From an uncultured bacterium (lineage in GTDB: Bacteria; Auribacterota; Erginobacteria; Erginobacterales; Erginobacteraceae), in the NCBI GenBank assembly GCA_963822585.1, contig CAWGIE010000039.1, forward strand, positions 97,800-161,799: a DNA stretch of 64,000 bases, given 5' to 3'. Numbering within the stretch: the first letter of the stretch is position 1; each line of letters opens with the position of its first letter. The translations under genes and the position numbers were made by a program. Positions 51,881 to 60,018 of the stretch are shown piece by piece. Below the pieces are notes generated by a model, which saw only the letters and a list, made by a program, of their open reading frames with translations, was not told where the DNA came from and ran no database searches.

Positions 51881-52266
51881 TCCCCCGGAATTTTCCGACG
51901 TAGTCCTTCCCGTCCCCCTTGTATCTTCCGGGGAGGGGGGCTCTCCCGAAGCAAGTCCTGATGACTCCCCTTACGGCCCAGAGGCCGGGAGAGATCCGGA
52001 AGACTGCCGGGGTCCGGTTTCCGGTTCCGGCGCGATCCCCGGGGAAAAAACTACCGCCCCGGATACTCGGTCCGGAACGTATCGCAGCACATCGTTGGAC
52101 GCCCTTGAGCAAATTCATTAGGGTCAGACCTCTACTATACACTTAGAGTGGAAAGAGCTTCTCGGAGTCAGTCGGTTGATTATCTCTGGATAAAATCCCC
52201 TAGCGGCTTCTGCGATCCCACCCATCCGAACAAGAACGGGGAGGGACAGTAAAGGTGCCTCATCGT

Positions 52267-52488
52267 TTAAAAACAATTATCGATGTTTTGTCCAGCGCCT
52301 TCAAGAGATATTGACCATTTTTGTTCCTTATCCAATGCAATTGATGCGTAGCTGGTTTTAACTTCATAATATACTGTAGCAATATCTCCATCAATAACGT
52401 CACCATTTTTTAGAATAATTCGATCCGTACTCACAATACCCATTGAGACAGCTTTTTTACCGAACCTTGCATGACCATGCCTTCCCAC
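52267..52488 (-). pseudogene. Gene fragment (DRIILKNGDVIDG motif)
   Basis: Short AT-rich remnant with no clear start. Confidence 0.35.
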
Positions 52489-52525
52489 TTTACCAAAGCC
52501 TCCGGACCAACATTTACCCGGCTAT

Positions 52526-53836
52526 CTAAGTCGTAAGGGAGTAGTCTCCGGGAACCGGACAGCCGCTCGCGGTGCCGAAATAAGCCCGGGTAATTCCTTT
52601 AATGGCCCAGAGTCCGTAGCGGGCGGAATAGGCGAGATCGGTGATCCCGTCGCTATCATAGTCTCCGCTCACCGGTATATCACCTTCTCGGCCAAATAAA
52701 CCCGCCCCAAACCCCGGACCACCCAAAGGCCGGAGGAGGACGAAATACGGCAATCTCCGATCTGCCGTCACCGTCATAGTCCCCGCTCTCAGGATCGAGG
52801 AAACCGGTGTCGGGGCGGCCTTGAAATAATTGGCATAAATCCTGATCCAATCGTAATCGGGAACAATATCGAATGTCACAGTCCCCTGGTGCCACCCGGG
52901 AGAGAGTGAGGAGACATCGCCAAGTGAAATGGTAACGTCATAATGGCCGCCGTAACAGGGCCCGAAACCACGGGAGGGCTGAACAACTAACCACTCCGAG
53001 CTGATCGTCCCCCAATCGCAGAGTTCCTCGGCACTGCAGGGAACCGAGCTGCAACATCCCATGCAAACGATATATGTCACCGTTTGAGAAGGGGCCTGCT
53101 CCGCAAGGGTGAATGTCCACGGCCCCTCTAACCAGGTTGAACAATAACAAATCGGGGTTGGAGAGGGCGTACGGAATCCGACAGGGGTCAGTGTGGATGT
53201 CGGGGTTGGGCTAGTATGGTAACCCGCCGGAGTCAGGGTGGGGGTAGGGGTCGGGGGAAGGGCTTCCTGTGCGGTCTGGCAGAGCCACCGGTCAAAGTAA
53301 GTTGAACCGTCGGAAGCAACATATAATTCAGTATACCCGGTAAAAGTTGGAAGGTAGATATGTTTTTGCCGCCCGGTATCGTAGGTGACCAGCAGATTGT
53401 CTCCAGATTGAGTGCTGTACCCCTCCTGGACAAACGATCTCAGCAATACCTCTCCTCCCCCGGATTGTTTATCATAAAACTTATTTTCGGAATCAAATAT
53501 ATGCCCCCAGCTGGTTATCGAGCCGTCCACGGATTTAAGTTCATAAAGCAAATCATAAGGGTGGACGCCCCGGGGGTGAATGATCTGTAAATTTTCAATA
53601 TCGGTGAGACGAAAGAAATCTGAACCCATAAACGGCGTTGGTACCGGAGTCGATGAAGAATAGGTATAAGATGTCGGGTAAATAAAGGCAAAAACGGCGA
53701 GGGATAATATTGAGGGGAGGCCTTTTTTCTTCCTGAGTAAAACCGATAGGAAACTGCTTTTCGCTCTTCCTCCGCGAACCCCTGGTGTGTGGATTTCCAT
53801 ATCGTTAATTGTATTTGAAACACGCGAAACTGGCAA
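52526..53836 (-). pseudogene. Degraded secreted protein: TP linker, BACON-like domain, frameshifted FG-GAP-like repeats
   Basis: WLVVQPSRG..LSPGWHQGTVTF; the SGDYDGDGRSEIAVFRP repeat lies in the alternate frame (52680-52895). Confidence 0.65.
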
Positions 53837-54023
53837 GCCTTAGCGGGAATTTTTTATAGTAATTGCAAGGAGTTCCGAAAATAATTTGGGGAAATGATGT
53901 TTTTTTCCTGAAAGGCGGAAGTCGGGGTAGGCTATAAAAATTTTCCTCTCGCTTCCCCTCGCCCGGCTGTATAGTACATCCGGGTTCAATCGTCCCCCCG
54001 GTCGGGGGAAACCATCGCGCTCA

Positions 54024-55847
54024 ATGACCGAGTATACAGACATCATCCGTCCGTCGTCGTCTTTTCCCCGCCCCTACGATCTTCATAAGGACGAGGCCCC
54101 CCTCCGGACCGTGGCCAAGATCAAGGACATTCTGAACCGGATGGGCTTTCGGGAGGAGAACGCCTACCTGAACTGGAAACAGCCCTATCCGAATTGTTTC
54201 TCCTGTTTTCTGATCTTTCGTGATTACCCGTTGCTCATCGCCAACGGCAAGGGGGTGTCCAGGGAATACGCGCTGGCGAGCGCCTATGCCGAATTTATCG
54301 AGCGTCTGCAATGCCGGGGAGGTTTTCACTTCGCCCGCCTGGGTTTGATTGAGAATCAAAAAACGGCGGCGCTTCCCCGGACGGCGCGGTCGCGTGACCG
54401 GCTCTATGAGCGCCACCGGACCCTTTTCGAAAATATGGATTCCCGTCTCTTCGATCAGCTCCCGGGCGAACTGCCCTGCCTCCCCGCCTGCGACCTCTTC
54501 CAGCGCGTGGTCGTAGACCTCCCCGTTTCTTTGATGTACACGGCCACCGGCACGACCGGGATGTGCGCGGGGAACAGTCTCGAGGAAGCCTGGGTCCAGG
54601 GTCTCTGCGAGATCATGGAGCGCCATGCCTTTCACCGGTTTTACACCGGCGCGGTGGAAGAAGCCCCCACCGTCGACCCGGGCAAGATCAAGCTGCGAAG
54701 CCGCCGACTCATGGAGCTAATGCGGGGGATCGAGGAAAGCGGTTGCGCGATCACCGTTAAGGACTTCAGCTTGGGGGGGAGGTTCCCCGTGCTCGGCGCG
54801 GTCGTCCGCGAGCTGAAGACGGACAGGCTGGCCGTCGCCCTCGGTTCGGATCCGCTCTTCGAGATCGCCCTCCAGCGCTGCCTGACCGAAGCGTTCCAGG
54901 GACGAGCCCGACCGGAGCTGGCCGCCGGGGAAACGGCGGGCGCCGCAAACAAGCCCGACAGCGTCTATAACGCGCCGCATCTTCTGGCCGGGCGGCTGCT
55001 GCGCGACACCGGCCAAGCCAGATGCGAGGAGGCCTTCCTCGGCCGGCCGGGGACCAACCGGGAGTACCTCCGGTTCCTGCTCAGCCGGGTCCGCCCCGCC
55101 GGAGGGGCGGTCTTCGTCCGCGACTTCTCCGTCCTCGGGTTTCCGAGCTACTATCTCTACGTGGAGAAGATGTCGCCGATCAACCCCGACTTTCTTCTTG
55201 ACGTCAAGCTGTTCGGCGACCTAGACCGGATTTTGAAGATCGTCTTCACCCTCCCGGAGGCTTCCCGCGCCCTGATCAAGGACGGCGCGGATCTTCTTTT
55301 TGATTATCTGGGAAAGCCCGCCAGCTCCTTTCTGGTCAAGCTGGGGAAGCTCTTCGGGCGCGTTCCGGTCTTTTCCTGGCTCGATCCGCGATGGCTCCTG
55401 GCCTTCATGCTCGTCGAGGCGGAGGAATACGAGAAAGCCGCCGCGGTCTTGGACCAGACCCTCCCCGGCTACGCGGGGGAAGCGCTTGCCCCGGAACCGC
55501 CGGCGGCGGACGTTTTTTCCCGCTATTGCCGACTGAAAGCGGCGGGTGGACGGGATCGGGATATCCTCCGGCGCCTCCGGGAGGAGTTCGGGGGTTCCGT
55601 CTCCGCCGACCGGCTGAAAAATCTTTTGAACAAAAACTACGCCGGATTTGTCAATAAAGATGCCAAAGGAGGGAAGTTCGCCGGTCTCCCGATCCCGCGG
55701 TGCACCGACTGGAACGCCTGCCGGCGCTGTCCTTGCCGGAACGGATGTTTCCGCGGAAAGTGGAGGGAACTGCGGTCGTCTTGGGAAGAACGAGCGGGCG
55801 AGGTTGATCAAAGCGGTATTTTGGAAAAATCCTCCGGCCTTATTTAA
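54024..55847 (+). CDS. YcaO-like enzyme 1 (stand-alone, Cys-rich C-terminal extension)
   Basis: KD..P.RTV, NGKG.S..ALASAYAEFIER, TTGMCAGNSLEEA..GLCEIMER, RCLTEAFQGR. Confidence 0.95.
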   Translation: MTEYTDIIRPSSSFPRPYDLHKDEAPLRTVAKIKDILNRMGFREENAYLNWKQPYPNCFSCFLIFRDYPLLIANGKGVSREYALASAYAEFIERLQCRGGFHFARLGLIENQKTAALPRTARSRDRLYERHRTLFENMDSRLFDQLPGELPCLPACDLFQRVVVDLPVSLMYTATGTTGMCAGNSLEEAWVQGLCEIMERHAFHRFYTGAVEEAPTVDPGKIKLRSRRLMELMRGIEESGCAITVKDFSLGGRFPVLGAVVRELKTDRLAVALGSDPLFEIALQRCLTEAFQGRARPELAAGETAGAANKPDSVYNAPHLLAGRLLRDTGQARCEEAFLGRPGTNREYLRFLLSRVRPAGGAVFVRDFSVLGFPSYYLYVEKMSPINPDFLLDVKLFGDLDRILKIVFTLPEASRALIKDGADLLFDYLGKPASSFLVKLGKLFGRVPVFSWLDPRWLLAFMLVEAEEYEKAAAVLDQTLPGYAGEALAPEPPAADVFSRYCRLKAAGGRDRDILRRLREEFGGSVSADRLKNLLNKNYAGFVNKDAKGGKFAGLPIPRCTDWNACRRCPCRNGCFRGKWRELRSSWEERAGEVDQSGILEKSSGLI

Positions 55848-55853
55848 TTTTTC

Positions 55854-55906
55854 TTGAAGCGGAGTCTATGCTTGGTAAGATGTGTTAACCCTAAAGTAAA
55901 GGAGGT
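55854..55906 (+). promoter_or_regulatory. Putative dedicated promoter and strong RBS of the precursor
   Basis: TTGAAG (55854-55859), 16 nt, TAAGAT (55876-55881) with an extended TG; AAGGAGGT at 55899-55906. Confidence 0.5.
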
Positions 55907-55912
55907 GCCGGC

Positions 55913-56167
55913 ATGCCGTTGAAGGCGTTTTTGGAAAAGATGAAGAAGGACGCAGGTTTCCGGAAGGAGGTCTATAAAGAAGTCCTGCCCGGACTGGTGG
56001 CCGCCGCCAAGTCCGAGGGGCACGACGTCTCGGAGAAAGCCTACCGCCAACTGCTGGAAAGACACAAAGACAAGTTGTCCGACGAGCAGCTCGAGGCCGT
56101 CAGCGGCGGCCACTGCAGCTGGATCGAGCAGTGCGGTAACGGAGGGGACTACCTGGCCGGCAACTGA
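55913..56167 (+). CDS. Nif11-like leader RiPP precursor peptide (core HCSWIEQCGNGGDYLAGN)
   Basis: LKAFLEKMKKD..FR, VAAAK.EG.D, LSDEQLEAVSGG double-glycine motif. Confidence 0.93.
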   Translation: MPLKAFLEKMKKDAGFRKEVYKEVLPGLVAAAKSEGHDVSEKAYRQLLERHKDKLSDEQLEAVSGGHCSWIEQCGNGGDYLAGN

Positions 56168-56194
56168 TCGATCAGGGTTCCATCGATCAACATA

Positions 56195-56249
56195 GGAAAG
56201 AGGGGCTCCCGGCCCGATCCAAAGGGGCGGGGAGGCCCTCTTTCTTTTT
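56195..56249. terminator. Terminator between the convergent precursor and rSAM genes
   Basis: gaaagaggggctccc...ggggaggccctctttc followed by a T run. Confidence 0.65.
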
Positions 56250-56283
56250 GACTATTCCCCCTGCTTCCCGAGGAGAGGCTGGA

Positions 56284-57723
56284 TCACTTCACCAGTCCCC
56301 CCATCGTCTGCTGGAAGAGGGAGAAGAACGATCCATCCGCGGCCGGAGACCGGCGCTGGAGACGCGCCGTCTCCTCCATGAGCCAGTTCCGATCGCTCTC
56401 ATCGAGACCGCAGTAGAGTTCGATCGCCGTCTCGATCAGCCGCCGGTTGTCCTCGCAGAAGGTCGGGTCCGGCGTGAACCGGTCTCCGGTCAGGGCGAGG
56501 TTGTCGTGGTAGCACCCGCCGGCGCAGATTGTGGATGCCCAGCAGTCGGAGCACGGCTGCCGGCTCAATGTCGTCGCCTTGAGGTACTCGTCCCTCGCCG
56601 GGACGGGGGAATCGATTCCGCCGATCCGGTATTCGCCCAGGCCGAAAAAGCGGTGACAGGGGTAGCAGCTCCCGTCGATGGAAATACCGACCGCCTCCCG
56701 GCCGGCGGAGCAGGGGAAGAAGATCTTCTTGCGCCCGATCAGCCTGCGGACCAGTTTGCCGAAAGTCTGCATGGGGGTTAGTGCGTCCCGGTCCCTGGTT
56801 TTCACCGCCCGGACGAAACGCTCGGCCTCCTCCTCGAAATGCGCGGCGAACCGGCGGCGGTAGGCCTCGCTCTTCCTCAGTTGCCGGGTCTTCCCGTCGG
56901 CGGCCGCGATGGGGGGGGAGACGGGCCTGACATCAACGGTGGGAAATCCCAATTCCCGCAACGCCCGGTAGACGGCGGTCGCTTCGGTCTGCCCGCAGAA
57001 GGTCGCCCGGCAGGAGATCCGATCCCTTTCCATTGCTTCCAGCAACTGCTTGATCTTCGGGACGGTCACCCGGAATGAACCGCCGCCCCCCCGTCGGGGC
57101 CGGTTTCGATCCTGGATTTCCGCCGGCCCGTCGAAGCTGACCAGGAGGGCAAAGTCGTGCTTCCGGAAAAAGGCGATTCGGGCCCGGTCGAGGAGGACCG
57201 CGTTGGTCGTGATCGAGAAGGAGAACCCCTTGCCGGTTTCCTCCCCTCGCTTGAGGGCGTACTCGACCGTCCGCTCGATGAGGGGGAAATTGAGGAGCGG
57301 CTCCCCGCCTAAGAAACAGATCGATAGCCGACTCGCCTTCCGCGATTGTCCGATCAGCCAATCGACCGCCCGGCGCGCCGTCTTCTCGTCCATGTCCGCC
57401 GTTCCCGGTCTGCCGAAACAATACCGGCATTCGAGATTGCAGCGTTCCGTCACCAGGAGCACCATCGACGATATCGGGACGTCTGTCGGCAGCTTGATTT
57501 TTCCGGGGGTCGGGAGCTTCCCCGGCCTCTCCGGCGCGCCTCCCAACAGCCCCAGGGACTCGAGCTCGGCCTGGACGGAAGGGGGGAGGCGGGTTGGCCC
57601 ACGAACCGGCGGCGTCTCCAGCGCGCGGGCGGCGGTTTCGCTCACTTTCCCGGCGGTCAGTCGTTTCACGTCGAGAAGGTAGGCTTTTCCGTTGCGTCTG
57701 AAGATATGATACGGTGGTTTCAA
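56284..57723 (-). CDS. Radical SAM/SPASM peptide maturase with N-terminal RRE-like domain
   Basis: CNLECRYC, FLGGEPLLN, ITTN, SFDG, SPASM CSAG...YPCHRF...CSDCWASTICAGGC...C. Confidence 0.95.
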   Translation of the reverse strand: MKPPYHIFRRNGKAYLLDVKRLTAGKVSETAARALETPPVRGPTRLPPSVQAELESLGLLGGAPERPGKLPTPGKIKLPTDVPISSMVLLVTERCNLECRYCFGRPGTADMDEKTARRAVDWLIGQSRKASRLSICFLGGEPLLNFPLIERTVEYALKRGEETGKGFSFSITTNAVLLDRARIAFFRKHDFALLVSFDGPAEIQDRNRPRRGGGGSFRVTVPKIKQLLEAMERDRISCRATFCGQTEATAVYRALRELGFPTVDVRPVSPPIAAADGKTRQLRKSEAYRRRFAAHFEEEAERFVRAVKTRDRDALTPMQTFGKLVRRLIGRKKIFFPCSAGREAVGISIDGSCYPCHRFFGLGEYRIGGIDSPVPARDEYLKATTLSRQPCSDCWASTICAGGCYHDNLALTGDRFTPDPTFCEDNRRLIETAIELYCGLDESDRNWLMEETARLQRRSPAADGSFFSLFQQTMGGLVK

Positions 57724-57943
57724 GGATCTTGTACTCCCGTCGGCGCCAATCCCGGTCGTTTCCAGAATCGGAACATCGCCCCCGCCGCCGGCAGCGCACT
57801 GCCTGATTTAATTGCGGCCGAGAGTGAATGGCCGACATTGAAATATCCCTGTCGGCTCATTTGAGGCGCCCCCAACTCCCAAGCCTCCAGCTTCCTGCGG
57901 ACATCGTCCGGCCCGATTAACGGGTGAACGTCACATAGGAGAC

Positions 57944-59731
57944 TTACTTAAAGTGATTCGCCAAGACATCTTGCTTAATTCTTGCATTACCAATCTTTTT
58001 TTTCAATACGGCATTAAGTCTGTGCCTGTATTTAAAAAGACATGTGTCGACGGCAGGACATAAAGTACAGTCTCCGCATTCCGGCAATTTATAATTCTTA
58101 AATACATTTAAAGGATTCTTAAAATCCTCTATTACAGCACCGACGACCTTTTCTTCAAAAATATAGGATAAATGCATGGCAATTTTTTTATAAGACAGCT
58201 TCTTCATTCTCAGATTAATAAAAGCAAGAACACAAAGATAATATGTCCTATCGACCGTAAGAGTCTTATTATAGTTCAGAAAAAATTTTAGATAATTGAA
58301 TGCTTCCGCATAATGTCTACAATAATAAAACAAAAACGCTAAAAGAAGGGCAGGATCGCTGAATACATGAATATCGGATTCTTCGCTCATTTTTATATTC
58401 GTTATTTTAGAAAGACAGTCGCCTTCCAGTTTTCCGTACAGAGAAGGGTTATTTGAAATAAGGTGCTCTAAAGACTGCGCACAGCGTAATATTTGCACGG
58501 AGGTGTTTTTCTTAATACGAGAAAGGCATCTTTGCGTAATTTCGTAATGATGATAATTGTCTATTTTTACTTCAAACAATTCACTCATACCGGGAACATA
58601 CACACGAAAGGAAGGGAAACCAAGATAAGAATTGTCTCTGACGTAAAGGCTAAAGCCCAATTTCTTTATTTTATTCACAAGAAATTTCAAAGAATATTTG
58701 TGGTTTCTAAAACTTTTCTGAAAGGCTTGCAGATAAGCCGGCCTTCCACTGGCCAAAAATATATAGTTAGGCAAACGACCAGTATTGTTTAAAAATGAAC
58801 GAATCAGTTCATGATTGTCTTTCAATTTTTCAAAATATTGCCTATCTTCCGGCGTCACAAAAGGAAGATGGATCTGTTGCTGCAAAATTTCTCCGTCCTG
58901 ACCTTGAAATAGTTCCGTGATACACCGCGAAAGAGCAACGTCAAAGATTGGATCCGAAGCAAAGGTGCATTTATATTTATTATTTTTCTTATCCAGCAAA
59001 ATCAAACCTAGCACCGGCAGTTTTCCCCCGAATGTACAATCCTTCACTATCACCCTATATCCCCTATCAAGAGTCTCTTGAAGAAGTTTAAAAGATTTTG
59101 AATTTTTGATTGAACTCAGAGGTATCGTTGGAACATTATGATATTTTTTGTATATTTTTTTTATCGCATAGCGCTCAAAAATTTCACAAATACCCTGGCA
59201 CAAAGCTTCTTCGGCAGTATTTCCGGCACAAAGACCATTTGAGGCACACGCTTGCTCAATTAATCTATTGGGAAGAAATTCCACCCGGTCTTTATCGACA
59301 TGATAATAAGGAATGCAGGCTTCTTTCTTGGTCATATATTTTTTGAGGTTTTGCGAGTCGGTTTGTCTTAATAAAGAAGAAATAAGCGCCGGATGTTTCG
59401 AGCTGAGTTTCTCTAAAGAAACTGTATTTTCATCGGGGAAAAATATTTTTTCATACATCAAGCCAAATTTATTCCTTATGAGAAAATTATTTTGTAATCT
59501 TTCCATAAATTCAGCATAAGCACCGGCCAGCGCATATTTCCTGGAAATTCCTTTTCCGTTAGCTATTACTTGTAATTCGTCACTCGCTAAACTGACTGAA
59601 TGGCAATGTTTGCTTAACGAAGTCCATTTTGTTTCCCGCACCAGTATGTTCAGTTCCGCCAGTATACCCCTGATCAAATTAATAGTTTCTTCCGGCTGCT
59701 TTTCTTTATGAATATTTACTATTTCGCGCAT
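57944..59731 (-). CDS. YcaO-like enzyme 2 (AT-rich, Cys-rich C-terminal extension)
   Basis: NGKGISRKYALAGAYAEFMER, SNGLCAGNTAEEALCQGICEIFERY, RCITELFQG, CGDCTLCPAVDTC. Confidence 0.95.
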   Translation of the reverse strand: MREIVNIHKEKQPEETINLIRGILAELNILVRETKWTSLSKHCHSVSLASDELQVIANGKGISRKYALAGAYAEFMERLQNNFLIRNKFGLMYEKIFFPDENTVSLEKLSSKHPALISSLLRQTDSQNLKKYMTKKEACIPYYHVDKDRVEFLPNRLIEQACASNGLCAGNTAEEALCQGICEIFERYAIKKIYKKYHNVPTIPLSSIKNSKSFKLLQETLDRGYRVIVKDCTFGGKLPVLGLILLDKKNNKYKCTFASDPIFDVALSRCITELFQGQDGEILQQQIHLPFVTPEDRQYFEKLKDNHELIRSFLNNTGRLPNYIFLASGRPAYLQAFQKSFRNHKYSLKFLVNKIKKLGFSLYVRDNSYLGFPSFRVYVPGMSELFEVKIDNYHHYEITQRCLSRIKKNTSVQILRCAQSLEHLISNNPSLYGKLEGDCLSKITNIKMSEESDIHVFSDPALLLAFLFYYCRHYAEAFNYLKFFLNYNKTLTVDRTYYLCVLAFINLRMKKLSYKKIAMHLSYIFEEKVVGAVIEDFKNPLNVFKNYKLPECGDCTLCPAVDTCLFKYRHRLNAVLKKKIGNARIKQDVLANHFK

Positions 59732-60018
59732 AAATAGACCTCTATCTTCTCAAAAAATTTCAAATAATTACATCACAACGATAGTATAAAAGAATATTAC
59801 ACAATAAAAACATTTGTAATAGTTAATTTGACAAAATAAAACTTGACTCCAAAAAGTGACCTGCCCCCATCGTTTGGGCCACTGCCTATGTTAGTATCCC
59901 CCTGCCGCAGATAGAAGGCTAATGGCTTCCGGCGCTGGGGGGCGAGGCGCGGGAACCCATCCCCTTCAATCACATTCCCTTCACAAAAGGTGCCGGATCT
60001 TCGACAATCGTCTGTTTT

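Larger units (their letters stand above)
49983..52144. repeat. 24-bp repeat GGGTCAGACCTCTACTATACACTT: direct copies at 49983-50006 and 52121-52144, inverted copy at 50074-50097
   Basis: The direct copies are identical; the inverted copy has one internal mismatch. Confidence 0.85.

Noticed and set aside
57724..57943. Extra precursor between the rSAM and YcaO-2
   Set aside because: Short minus-strand frames there show no leader motif or Cys/Ser-rich core.
54024..59731. Classical LAP/TOMM or TfuA thioamitide cluster
   Set aside because: No E1-like C protein, dehydrogenase or TfuA in the window, though these could be encoded elsewhere.
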